A stretch of 64,000 bases of DNA from Sphaerodactylus townsendi (Eukaryota): assembly GCF_021028975.2 (NCBI RefSeq), contig NC_059437.1:40734001-40798000 (forward strand), written 5' to 3'. Shown in pieces: positions 24,308-36,821 of the stretch. Numbering within the stretch: the first letter of the stretch is position 1; each line of letters begins with the position of its first letter. The notes under the pieces are model-generated. The model saw only the letters and a program-made list of their open reading frames with translations, had not been told where the DNA came from and did not search any database. A program made the position numbers and the translations under genes.

Positions 24308-24596
24308 GAAGAAGAGTTTGGATTTATATCCTCCTTTCTCTCCTGTAAGGGGACTCAAAGGGGCTTACAATCTCTTTCCCCTTCCTCCCTCATAACAAAC
24401 ACCATGTGAGGTGAGTGGGGCTGAGAGAGCTCTGAGAAACTGTGACTAGCCCATGGTCACACAGCTGGCATGAGTTGGAGTGCACAAGCTAATCAAGTTC
24501 ACTAGATAAGTCTCTGCAGCTCAAGTGGCAGAGCGGGGGAATCAAACCTTGTTCTCCAGATTAGAGTGTGCCTGCTCTTAACCACTACACCACTGC
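24308..24596 (-). mobile_element. tRNA-derived SINE (Squam3-like)
   Basis: GAAGAAGAGTTTGGATTTATATC...TTAACCACTACACCAC. Confidence 0.9.
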
Positions 24597-25618
24597 TTTT
24601 TGACACTACAATAGATGAGGAAGAGGCCTTGTGTGGTTTAGATGTTGGATTAGGGACACCCAGATTCACATTCCCTCTCAGTCATGAGCTGCCAAGGTGA
24701 TATTGGGCCAGCCATCTTCTCTGAGCCTTAGCTACTCCCTAAGGTGGCTGTGAAGATAATGTAGAAGGTAGGACAACTTTTCATTTAATCCTCTAGATTA
24801 ATCAAACCAAACCAGGGCAATCCCATCCCTGGTTTCTCAGAAGTAAGTTCCACTGTGTTAAATGAGGTTTATCATCAGGTAGATAGGAAGACAGAGAATG
24901 GCCTCTTAGCATCTACGTAAAATAAAATGCTTAGACTGAGAGACAGGAAACGGCCTCAAGTTACTCATTAGCTTTCACAGCTGAGGAGAAACAAATCAGT
25001 TTTCCCAAAGCAATAAATGTCCTATGGGAAACATGTTGGATACTATGACAGATTGCACAAGAAAAGATGGTTTAAAGGTGCCCATCAGTAGCCATTGCTG
25101 TTTCCTGTCAGAGTGAGGCATAAAGGCCTTCGGAACAGGGAAGCAAAGTGATTGGACAAGGCACCTGCACTCTGATTGGTGTAACAACTTGATGACACAC
25201 ACACAGAGGAGGACATCTCTCTGAGAAGAATTTAAGGGGCTTTTGGATCTGGATTCCCGTGAGTTAAGAGCTATCTGTCTTGACTGTGCTTGACATAAGA
25301 TCTCTGAGGAGTATTTCAGTCAATGTGTGTGGAAAACCTGACTGGTTATACTGTGACAGACTGTGCTGAACTGAAAGCAATATTATACCCAAGAACTGGT
25401 GCAGGGTTACTGAGAAGTCCAAATTGAAGGTGGAGAATCTGTCTACAAGAGGGTCATAGATAACCATATAGGAATAGATCTTCCAGAGTGGGAAGAAGAA
25501 TTCCTGGGGATCAGTTAGTCTGGAGTATTGGGTTTTGCTTTGTTTTCCTCAAGAGAGAGAGATTTATGATTAAATGTTGGGTGTCTGAGGGAAGATGCTT
25601 TGGAATAAGTACCAAGCC

Positions 25619-26028
25619 TGTTAGAGCCCTGTGATATCCATTAGCCAGTACCATCTAAGAAACTGTACCAGCTAAGCAATATCTAAAGAACATCTAAGCG
25701 TTTGAAATTGAAACAGAATAAGCATTAATAAATCCGTGGCAGTGCCCAAAACCAAGGACTGATTTTGAAATAAAACTCTTGTATATATATTTATCTTTTC
25801 TTTCTATCCTTTCCCATTCCCTTTGTTAAATAAACTTTTATTCTGTTTTGTTTCAAATCTGTCTCAATATTATTTAGTGTGCCTATGAGAAGGGGTTTGC
25901 CAGAAAGAAAAACTAACAGGCTTCCTTCACCTTCTGGGAGAGTTACAGGGCGGGGTGTTTTATATCATCATACACTATCATCTGAAGCAGCTCAGTCTCT
26001 GAAGGGAAAAAGGAGCGAAAATCTGACA
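25619..26028 (+). mobile_element. Candidate solo LTR
   Basis: TG...CA ends with imperfect TIR TGTTAGA/TCTGACA, 4-bp flanking repeat AGCC, internal AATAAA signals; the 5' boundary may extend further upstream. Confidence 0.4.
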
Positions 26029-26178
26029 AGCCAGGTCAGAGAGTGGTTTTTCCTGCCTCAGTGAGTTGTGAAGATGAAGGGGATTGACCATAAATGATAC
26101 AAAAAACAATGGGGAGAAAGAAAGTTGGGGCCTGGTTGGTTTCCGTATTGAAGCCTTGTTCTAGCAGTGATTCTTTCA

Positions 26179-26408
26179 CTGACGTTTTGTTTCAGCATTA
26201 GGAGTTGGCATCTTCAGAGGATCTGATAGTTGGAAAGGAAACCAACTATCAGATCCTCTGAAGATGCCAGCCACAGATGCAGGTGAAACGTCAGGAGAGA
26301 ATGCTGCTAGAACACAGTCATACAGCCCAGAAACCACACAGCACCCCAGTGATTCCAGCCGTGAAAGCCTTCGACAATATAACGTGAAAGCCTTCAACAA
26401 TATAACGT
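26179..26408. mobile_element. Penelope-like inverted termini with hammerhead motif
   Basis: Perfect 28-bp inverted repeat 26206-26233/26242-26269; PLE end GCCGTGAAAGCCTTCGACAATA, duplicated. Confidence 0.85.
26254..26296 (+). ncRNA. Minimal type-I hammerhead ribozyme motif (PLE-associated)
   Basis: TCCT-CTGAAGA-T-GCCAGC cacagat GCAGGT-GAAAC-GTC-AGGA: stem I TCCT/AGGA, core CUGANGA and GAAA, palindromic ACGU helix III, GUC site. Confidence 0.6.
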
Positions 26409-28630
26409 ATAAGCTTCTTTTCCAGAAGAGGAGGGGGGAATGGAAGGAAAATATATTTCAGGGCAAGGTATTTGAGACCTTTGTATGCTCCTGTTTGGAG
26501 AATGTTGTAGACTCCAGAGTCAATAGGTTACAGGTCAGAGTCGAAATAAAACAAAAATCCTCTGGCACTTTAAAGGCAACATTTATTTCAGCATGAACTT
26601 TCATGGCCACAGTAGAAACAACGATAGCTTCCACTGTGATCATAAAAACAGAACTTAATTAAAAAATCTCTAATCAAATGCTGAGCAGTACTTATTCAAA
26701 ACTAACAAGAGGCACTTCTGGATTCCAGTTTCCCATCTTCTGACCTCTGCCTGCCTTGTATCAATTGGGAGATGAGAAGTCAGAATATTTGGGGCTATTT
26801 TTACACACAAGAAGAACAATCCACATACACGTTGAAAATACCTTTTGAAATATTTACTTGAAAACTGATAGTTAAAACACCCTCCACCTGCATGGGGTGC
26901 AGTCCTCTTCCTACTGAAGTCAATAGGAAAGCTAACTTTTTTGTTGTTTAACAAGGTTGCAGACACTAGCTAGTAGTGCATCTGTTGAATAAAATGCAAC
27001 CTGCAATTATGCTTTTTGAAACAATGTCATTCATTCAGTCACTTGTAACTGGATTTACACACACCCATCTCCCTTCTGTCTCATTCACCTGCCTTACCCT
27101 CCTGAGTTGTTTCCTACACTGTAAGTTCCTAGGGGCAGCTTTTTTGTTGTTATTGTTCCTGGTTAATATTGTAGAGGATATTAAACAGTGATGACAATTA
27201 CTACTATATGTATTTATTTACTTACTTACTACTATTACTACTACTACCACCACCACCTTCTTCATATCCCAGGAATGATCTACTGCCTGCTTAGGAGGGT
27301 GATACTTATTTCCATATACAGTAGTGTTTGCAACAAGTACCACTTAACCACTACCCTTACTACTAATAGTAAAACTGAAGTATCTACCCAATTTCTGAAA
27401 GGGACTGGTCTTTACAGATATTTCTTTGTTGAGGTCATGCTGCTATTATTGGTTACTACTACTTGGGCGATTTACGTAGGTCCCCATTTTTTTGCAAGTT
27501 TCTGCCAATAAGATTTTGATAGAAAATCTTGTTATCTTCATTAGCTCAGGTACAGTACCAGGATTGCATGCCACACCTGAACCCCACATCACTTCACCCT
27601 GGTAATTCTAAAATTCCCACCAAAGTCTTTCTGATTCTTTCAAAATTTCTGCAAGTTTCATGGGACAATTTTATTTGTACTAATTGTTGAAAATAAGACT
27701 GGGTCTCTCACCCAGAATATCCCTGTGCACCATCATCTAACTTCATTGCCTCCGCAAGTGGGTGTGGAAAATGTGCTGTAACAAAATCCCAATCACCTTT
27801 GCCCTCGACCCCGTCCCCCCTCCCCTGCCAAAAACACTGGATGACTTATGGGGTATGAAGAGGAAGCCCCTCTATTGTGGGTCCATTCAGATTGCCTGAA
27901 TCATTCACAGCAACGAACAGGTAAATAACTCCATAATCTCCTAGTTTGCAACGTTGGGAGCAGGTCTGATTTGCCTCTACAGGAATAAAAGTTCTCCAGA
28001 ACCCCAACACTTGACTGTCCTCTTCGGGTCTGCTTTGCAGCAAAAACATTTAACAGTACCAACATGCAAGTAAATCCGCCTCCTTTGTCTACAACACAGA
28101 GACAGATAGAAAAACCATTTCAGCTTCAAACGGGCAGGTAGAAGAGCCGGAGCGCTGTCGCCATCATCACAATGCCGAATGCAAGATACCTGGATTCACG
28201 TCGTAATTAAGCTCACCTAGGCTCCCTATTTCCCAGCTCAGCCTACCTCACAGGGTTCCTGTGAAGAAATTGCAAACTGGAGCGTCTTGTAGAAGGGGTG
28301 GGATGAAAATGCCGTTGACACAGGGCCGACTCTGCAAGGACACCCACACATGTGGGTGCGGGTAACATTAGTGGCGCCAACCACTGAACGATTTCGCGGC
28401 TAGAAGCAGAAGACAGATTGCAAACCCATCTATTGTCTGACCCGGAAATTGCTAACTGGAGCGTCTTGTAGAAAGGGTGGGACGTTTTAAAATCATGCTC
28501 GTATCAGTTCTGGGGAAAGACCAGAGAGGTGCCGAACGGCAATCCGAGAGGGCACCTTCCTATCAGAACATCATGTAGGCGGCCGGCTCTTCCAGCACTG
28601 ATGGTGAGAAACTGCTCAATAGTAGTAGTA

Positions 28631-28925
28631 GAAGAGTTTGGATTTATACCCCACCTTTCTCTCCTGTAAGGAGACTCAAGGTGGCTTACATGCTCCTCTC
28701 CCTTCTGCTCCCCACAACAGACACCTGGTGAGGTCGGTGGGGCTGAGAGAGTTCCGAGAGAACTGTGACTAGCCCAAGGTCACCCGGCCGGCTTCTTGTG
28801 GAGAAGCTGGGAATCAAATGTGGTTTGCCAGATAAGAGTCCACCACTTATGTAGAGGAGTGGGGAATCAAACCCGGTTCTCCAGATTAGAATCCACCTGC
28901 TCCTCGCCACCACACTCACGCTGGC
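28631..28925 (-). mobile_element. tRNA-derived SINE (Squam3-like variant with duplicated head segment)
   Basis: GAAGAGTTTGGATTTATA...CCACCACACTCACGCTGG. Confidence 0.85.
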
Positions 28926-29159
28926 TTCCAGTATAACAATAGCGCTGCCCTCCATGTTCGTACGGATGGCAACAAGGACATTGTCCGACCGACTTCTCCA
29001 GAGTAGGGGGCCTTTGCGGGCGGGGAAGAGAATCTCGTCGAGGCCACCCTGAACCGAAACATATATAGAGACTCAGACAACACACTCAGCCCTTAAAACC
29101 TGCTGTGCAAAACAACCTCGCCCACTTCTCCGGGCTTATAGGAATGACTGTAGCACAAA

Positions 29160-29348
29160 GTATTGCCGAAGGCTTTCGCGGCCAGAATAAAGGCGCTGAT
29201 GTGGGTTTTCCAGTCTCTTTATATGCCCCCCCCCCCCAGCACATGCAGCTGGCATCTTCAGAGACACATAGGCGGCTGGCATTCTTATAATGCGGGCGAA
29301 CCCTTCTAGAGACTGACCACGCGGCCCGGGAAACCCATAAGAGCCAAG
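29160..29348. mobile_element. Degenerate Penelope-like inverted termini
   Basis: TATTGCCGAAGGCTTTCGCGGCC, GGCATCTTCAGAG, CACGCGGCCCGGGAAACCCA. Confidence 0.6.
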
Positions 29349-29598
29349 TCTACACTGGGAATAGTTTCCCGAATCATCAGCTTACAAATGCCGCGAGACA
29401 AACTAGTGGATTCCTTTAGGGAAAACGAGTTCATTTATAACTATTGCCACTCGTTATAAATAGGCTGTGCGGAATCCATTAATCAGCCCAAGCTGGACCC
29501 TTTATTAATAATGTTCTAATTGCAAGGAAGACAACTACTTTCTTTCAGTCCCGAACAGCCGGCCGTCGGAAACCTGGGACAGTATGAACCCTATAGCT

Positions 29599-30064
29599 CA
29601 GTGATGGCGAACCTTTTTAAGACCGAGTGCCCAAATTGCAACCCAAACCCCAGTTATTTGTCGCAAAGTGCCAACACGGCAATTTAACCTGAATACTGAG
29701 GTTTTAGTTTAGAAAAAACAGCTGGCTCTCTCTTCCTCCGCCCCACCCACTCGAACAGGGGCCAGCATGCTCTTGCCTCCAGCAAGTCCTGGGTGCATCG
29801 CTCTGTGCCTCTCTAGATCTCTGCCTCCTCTGCGCCCCACACCTCGGGCAGCAGCCACCCGGAGCACAGGCACCAGGCCTGCCAGCCGAGTCATCCCTGC
29901 TCACTGCGGTGCACACACGTCGTGCTCAGTGACCCAGGCCAGCCTTGATGTGTGTGTGTGTGGGGTGATTTTCCACCCCCCACATGACGAACTCTGTGTG
30001 TGTGCCCACAGAAAGGGCTCCGAGTGCCACCTCTGGCACCCGTGCCATAGGTTCGCCATCACTG
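29599..30064. mobile_element. Non-autonomous hAT element (466 bp)
   Basis: Perfect 16-bp TIR CAGTGATGGCGAACCT and perfect 8-bp TSD CTATAGCT. Confidence 0.95.
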
Positions 30065-32401
30065 CTATAGCTTCTGCTGGCTGGGCACCCTCTGCATTGG
30101 TGCCTAGGGTGGCCGTGTTTGCGACACTGTCGCTCGTAGCGACCCTTACCGAGCTCATCATCCATCGACCACGAAACACTGTGGAGTTAAAAATAGATTC
30201 CCCCAGAGCCCTTCCATCCTGCGCAAGGGCTACAACAGCAGTCAGCAGCCTAGACGTGCGCACCAAATATGGGAAGCAACTAACAGCGGCGGGCTAAGCT
30301 CTCCGGTCCGCAGCCTTCTGCGAACGGCCATTCCGATCAATGCCCTCCCCTTTCCTTCTCGACGGAACCTGGGGATTGCGCCTATCCAGCAGCGACTCAG
30401 GTAACCATTCCCTACCGCCCCAGCCCCAAGAGGGCCAGCATTACCTCGGAGACCAGAAAGCAGCGTAAAGCACCATGGAGAAACAGCGCGACGCTCCCCC
30501 CGACAGCCAAGGCAGTCTCCCTCGCCGTCTTTTGGCCACTGGCCCTGTTTCCGGTTGTAGCTGCTGGGGAGCCCGCAGAGCGGTCCAGATAAGGTATCGC
30601 TGAGTCACTCTGGCCCCGCGGTCGGCACCTCAGCTCTGAGCTCGGCGGGACCTCTCGCAGCGACTCCGGGACAGCAGGGAGATGTCGAGGTATTTCTGGT
30701 AACAATCACTTCACACGAGGCCCTGCTGCATTCCAGCTCCCTTTCGCTTTATTCCCTACCACCAAGTTTGAAGTCACACCTTCTACTGGATTGTTTCGGG
30801 CTGGGCGGTAGGGACAAGCTGCTGCTTGTTAATCGAGTTCTGGAAAGGTCCACTAGGCCAATAANNNNNNNNNNNNNNNNNNNNNNNNNNNNNNNNNNNN
30901 NNNNNNNNNNNNNNNNNNNNNNNNNNNNNNNNNNNNNNNNNNNNNNNNNNNNNNNNNNNNNNNNNNNNNNNNNNNNNNNNNNNNNNNNNNNNNNNNNNNN
31001 NNNNCCTCACTAAAATAGTTATTTCTTTCTTTCTGTGTTTCTTGGGACACTGTCTTTTCCTTCACTAAAAGAACAATTTAGATGTAGAAAGGAGGAAATC
31101 TCTTTATACGTTCCACTGTGTGGTATGATGCCTCTCAGAGTTTCTTCCTCCACTGTCCCCCTTAATACNNNNNNNNNNNNNNNNNNNNNNNNNNNNNNNN
31201 NNNNNNNNNNNNNNNNNNNNNNNNNNNNNNNNNNNNNNNNNNNNNNNNNNNNNNNNNNNNNNNNNNNNNNNNNNNNNNNNNNNNNNNNNNNNNNNNNNNN
31301 NNNNNNNNNNNNNNNNNNNNNNNNNNNNNNNACAAGCTGTCTTGTACCTCACTTTGGCAGTTGCTTCTTTTTTGTTAGCCTTTGAGAGATGCACATACTA
31401 CAGGTTTGACTTGGCAAGATCTTTCCCATGGAGGTCTCTGTAGGACCAGAATGGTTTGAGTCTGGAACCAGTTTTGCTGCAGGTGGGAAAGACAAAAAGT
31501 GGTTTGGCTGAAATAGTTTTTTTTAATGGTCTGAAGGTCTTTGAAAATGGAAACAACTTGACACCTTCAGATGGACACATAAACACACACAGAGAACAGT
31601 CACACATTGAGGACACAATCTCCATTAAAGGGTAAAGATGACAATGGAATGCCATATTCTGATCTAAACTCCAATCACTGTAGAAATAGTCAATTAAAAT
31701 CCTACGTAAAGCTAAAAGTCAAACATATCTTTCCATGATGGCCCTATAAAAGTCAAAAGGCAGGGTCATGCTCATAATTGAATAGTGATCAAATAAAGCC
31801 TTTAGTCTTAAGTGACAACCAGTATCAAGAATACTGACTGAAATTCAGTTATGATAACCACATTACTATTTACCATGTAAAATTGTTAGATTTAATCCCT
31901 TTCTCTTCATAACCATGTACATGTATTTTCTCCAGAAAGGTTTTATAGTCTGGGTTTTAAAAACACACAATATGCAAGCCACTTGGATGCAAAATATCTG
32001 TGGTTTATTTTCCACCATGTAATAAAATGTTTGCATAGGCACCCAACACCCACATCCTATACACATTTATATGGAAGCAAACCTTCCTAATTTTCATTGT
32101 GAAGTAACTGGTTAGTGTTGCAACCTGAAAACACCAGAAGCTCCATTTTCACTTAATGATTAAGGCTGAACTAATTGGAGGCTTTTCATTAAGGCAGTCA
32201 AATTATGCCAAAGTAGCTAATATGGGTTTAATTCTATCTTCCTTAGGTATCACCTCCTTGAGGGGGGAAAGATGACATACAAGAGATAGGTCCATCTTTA
32301 ATATTATGAGGGTCAATTACATTACTTTTCTAACATCAGCATAGAAAGCATATAGACTGGAACAAGCCAAGACTGACTTAACAGAGGTTGAAAACAAGTT
32401 G

Positions 32402-32545
32402 TGTGCACATGCAGAAGAATGCACTTTCAATCCACTTTCACAATTGTTTGCGAGTGGATTTTGCTATTTTGCACAGTAAAATCTGGCTGCAAAGTGAATC
32501 AAAAGTGGATTGAAAGGGCATTATTCTGCATGTGCGGAAGGGGCC
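32402..32545. mobile_element. Harbinger-type MITE, left terminus truncated
   Basis: Family core ending GAAGGGGCC. Confidence 0.85.
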
Positions 32546-32959
32546 TAAGACTTGCATGAAGAACTTCATTGACTGTTTCCTGTCACCAGCTTTAAGGGAT
32601 GTATTCAGATGTGGTCACAAAGCAAATTTCCATTTTCTACCTTGTGTACTCACTTCTCTCCTACCAAATCTTGAATTTCGGAATTATTTTCCTACTTTCG
32701 GCATCCCTGCAGTACTTCTGGGTATGTTTTGTTATGTGCATTTTAAACCTTATGCAACCGTACTGTCATTGCTGCTGCAGAATCTCTTAATAGGCTATTC
32801 TATTGATATTGTAGGGTTTGGTTGGCACTGCATGATTGGATGATGTTACAGAAAATAAGGTTTCATGTGATCATTCAAACAATCTCACAAAAACAAGTTT
32901 TTTTGGGGGGGAAAGTTTACAATTCTGTAAGATGGAAAAATCAGAAAACCCTCACAATA

Positions 32960-33250
32960 CTTATTTGTGCAAGAATGCGATAAAATGAAAGCGTTCCAGG
33001 CAAGGGTTAATGAGTGACAGGTTAATTGCACATCCATCAGATTTCAGATTGCTCCCAGATCATTTTTTTTTTTTGAAATAGAATTTGGCATTGATGAAAC
33101 CATAATTTAATCCAAATGTCAAAAATCATCTTTTCCCTTCTCCAAATGTCAGTGGCAAGTCTCTATCTAAGGGTGGCCATGGCAACGCTTCGGACTGATT
33201 AAATCACCATTGCTTCTCCTTTTGTCAAGCACCCTTGGAATCACAGTTTG
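32960..33250. promoter_or_regulatory. Putative conserved non-coding enhancer
   Basis: TE-free; TTAATGA, TGACAG, TTAATTG, TAATCC, X-box GTGGCCATGGCAAC (33173-33186), TGATTAAATCA. Confidence 0.35.
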
Positions 33251-33397
33251 ATTGAGAAACCCAGACAGCCCACTTTCCCAAAAGTACTAGTCCTAGAGTT
33301 TCTTGAGTTATGTCTTGCACAGGAAATGGTTTAAATTTGGAAAGTATGTCTACTGTGAATTGCTGCCACTATCACAGCATTTCTCATTTCTTATTCA

Positions 33398-33932
33398 GAG
33401 TTGTGTAGTATGGTTAAGAACGGTTGACTCCAATCTGGAGAAACAGGTTTGATTCCCCACTGTTCCACATGAGCTCGTTGATGATCATTGTTGTTAATCT
33501 GAACCTGGCAGCCTTGGAATTCATGGGATTACCTCTTATCAGTCCCCTGCCACACCGGCTATCGGGCGCTGGTGCAGGGGCTGATGGGAATTGTAGTCCA
33601 TGAACACCTGGAGAGCCGCAGGTTGCAGACCCCTGGGCTAGTCAAAGGCCCCTTCCTCGCCATCTAAAATAATAATGCATTTTCACAATTCACTTTGGCA
33701 CAACTGTTTGCGCGATCAAGTATATTCCAAGACAGCTTCAAAGAGAGCAATTGAAAGCAGTTTGAAAGTGCATTATTCTGCATGTGCGGAATGAGCCAAA
33801 GTTCTCTTTAACCTTTCTCAGCCCCATATCTCACAAAGTGTCTGTTGTAGGGATAGGAAGGTGATTGTAAACCATGTTGAGCCTCCTTAAAGGTAGAGAA
33901 AGGCGGTGTATAAAACCCAATTTTTCTTCTTT
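33398..33932 (+). mobile_element. tRNA SINE carrying a nested hAT MITE (~33495-33635) and Harbinger MITE (33647-33797, TSD AAA)
   Basis: SINE head and tail are colinear once both MITEs are removed. Confidence 0.8.
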
Positions 33933-34170
33933 TCTAATCATTTGAAATCCCTTTGAATGATGCTATGAAGTCATCCTTGTTGATGTTTGGGGTTTGTTGT
34001 ATATTACACAAGGGCACACCGGTGCAAAATCAGAGTCTCTCTCTCTGTAAGGTGGCTTTCACTCCTCCCCAGTACTCATGACCTCAAAAACAACATTTTG
34101 CCAAATTGTACCCAGGTCTTGCTTGAAGCCAGTGTGTGTGTGTGACCCCGGTGGGGAAGGAGGGAGGGAG

Positions 34171-34171
<1 letters not shown>

Positions 34172-34216
<45 letters not shown>
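34172..34216. repeat. (GT)n microsatellite
   Basis: Direct observation. Confidence 0.95.
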
Positions 34217-34218
<2 letters not shown>

Positions 34219-35233
34219 TTTTCCTTGATTTTCCACCTCCACATGACTAAATGGCCACAGCCCAATGACATTGGTCCCCATACGTCCCCCTGGGTGGTAT
34301 GCCTCTGGCACATGTCCCAAAAGTGTGCCAGAGCTGTGTTTACTGTGCACCAATAATTCTTATGACCCACAAGACTAAGTTTTCAGCATTACAGTTTTGT
34401 GAGTGATTTTTGGATAAACTTGTCAAATTCCCACCCTTCCATTACTTCTGTGGATCTCCTCTTCACTTACCTCCACCTTTCTCTGGTTATACTGATTCAT
34501 GTCCAGATTAAACCTACCTTTCTAATTGAATACTTTATGGAAGAGATGCCAGTGAGGGGAGTTTTCATAAAATGTGAAGTTGTCAGTGACAAAGCCAGGG
34601 GTAGTCGCTCTGTGCATGCCAGCTTAAGGCCATGCCCTCTAGAGCTCCAGAACTTTCCTGTCCCGGCCCCAGAACACCCCCAGAATGACCTGGAACGCTC
34701 CTCGCCATACCCCCCAGAACGCCTCCACGGGGTGCCCTCCTGGTGCACACTTGCGCCCCCCGCCTTTGACAGCTTGACACACACACACACACACACACGC
34801 TGCAGTGTCCTACAGAATGTCATAAATAACCCTCTAGTGCTGTTCACAAGGTATAATAAATACAATCTATATAGAGCATACAGTTGATTATTCTTGACAC
34901 ATGTGTTGAGCAGTTCTTATGTTACATTCAATGCATCATGGCTGAACATGTGATTTAAAGCCCAAGTTAGCCAAGTTCTTGTCCCCGGAGTCATTTGTAA
35001 CTTGTATGCACACATTGGCTCTTTCTTGCATATTGGTGTACACACATATGCAGGTTGTATGTGCATTCACTATAACATGTGAACAGGACTTTTATCTGAG
35101 ATCTTCAAAGAAGGAAAGCACAGTCGGATCTCAATAAGTGATCTTGATGTGTGAGGATTTTAATAGTCTCCCTTGCCAGGCCATTTGGAGTGAAGTTTAA
35201 GATTCCAAGCAGCTGAAAAGCAATCTTCAGATA

Positions 35234-35390
35234 GGCCCCTTCTGCACGTGTACGAGATGAATGTGTGACTTTCAATCCACTTTCACAAATGTTTGCAAGT
35301 GGATTTCGCTATTCCGCACAGTAAAACCCAGCTGCAAAGTGAATTAAAAGTGGATTGAAAGTGCATTATTCTGCAAGTGCGGAAGGGGCC
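35234..35390. mobile_element. Harbinger-type palindromic MITE
   Basis: TSD ATA. Confidence 0.88.
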
Positions 35391-36821
35391 ATAGTGACTC
35401 TAGATTTATAAAAGGGATGAGGAAATACAGAAGCTGGAAGCATATGCAGTATCTAAAGAGTTTCTAGTAGCATTCCTAAGAATACATTCTTGAGCGTAAG
35501 CCTGTCTGAATAACATGGGACTTACTTCTCAGGAGATCTACTTAGGTGTGTCCCATTTATCGATTACAGACAATCAACATTTCCTGTAGATGATACTGTC
35601 ATTAGAGTTTATTTGTTTTTATTTGGGGGTATCATAATTCTGCAAGTTTTCAAAATTCAGATTTAAGCACCAAGATTGACAACAGAATGTGACTATCTAA
35701 ATGCTTAAAAATATATATCCCATTTTAGTTTTTTTTAGTAGGAACTTCACTAATGCCTTCTTACATGCGAGCTGCCGGATGCTCTGACATGTTTCATGTT
35801 CAGTACTGTTAAATATTGACTGCAGTTTTAAAATAACTGGATGTTAAACACTGGTGTAAAACAAAATAGCTGCACGTTCCCAGAGCATTCAGAAAATTGC
35901 TGCTATCCGCATTTGCAGACATGAATTTGGAGAAGAGGTTTTGGAGACAAATTCATTTCAACTCCAGATGTCATTTATGTGCTTAGTTAGCCCATAAATA
36001 ATAGCAGGCCCAGTTCTGGTTTTTTTAACTTTATAATGCGGGCAACTTAATGCTAGAAAGTAATGACTGCCTACTCAGAAGTACGCATGTTGGCTCCCAT
36101 GCCGTTAGCGGTGTACGAGCCAGCCAGCAAACAGAGGGAGAACAAGGGATGCCGTTTATACACATCCATCTCTGGTAATGAGCCCTCTAGGAAGAAATGA
36201 AAAATAGCCAAAGTCTGGTAAAGTCAATTAAGCTGATTTTAAATAAGAGGTTACTTAGAGAGGCCAAAAGTTAACATGTAAAAGGCTTATTGCAAGTGCT
36301 TAAAAAAGAAAAAGAAAGAAAAGAAAGAACTGTGCCAGAGTATTTGAAGACATTTGGTTACTATTACGGACAAATGGAGCTAATAGGGCAGGTTCACTGG
36401 AGGAACTGGCAATCTGAGAAGGAGGCCTTGTAACCAGAGCCTGCAAGGTTCTGGGATTAAATAATTCCAAATGGCCTCGTACGGAACTACCAACATAACA
36501 ATTGTGGTTGGTTCTCAGTGTGTTCCTAATGAGTATGTTCCAATAAGAAAACAACAGACACCAACGTTGCAAACGAGATGAAACTTTATGAGCTCTTTCT
36601 TGCGTGCTTTCTTGAGAATTCATAGTGGGAATCTTGTATAGATGTTCTTAGGATTTCTCTAAGAGAATATACAGTTATCGCCTTATATTGCATTTGGCAG
36701 ATTAACGGCTGAGCAAAGGAAACTGGTACAGAAGAACAAATGCTGGAAAAGCCAGAGCTTAGACTAGGAACCTTAGACGAGAGCGACACTGGGACTTAGC
36801 TGTGGATGCTACTGTCTACTG

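Larger units (their letters stand above)
28100..30800. promoter_or_regulatory. CpG-rich region interrupted by a SINE, a PLE fragment and an hAT MITE; strongest at 30100-30750
   Basis: High CpG/GC; possible first-exon donor CAG|GTAACC at 30400. Confidence 0.45.

Noticed and set aside
28119-28172. Minus-strand GTGATGA...CTGA as a C/D snoRNA; similar ATGATGA at 38940
   Set aside because: Too short or lacking a terminal stem and any recognisable rRNA/snRNA antisense element
29704-30297. Overlapping GC-rich ORFs up to 176 aa
   Set aside because: Mostly inside a non-autonomous hAT element; no transposase or other motifs
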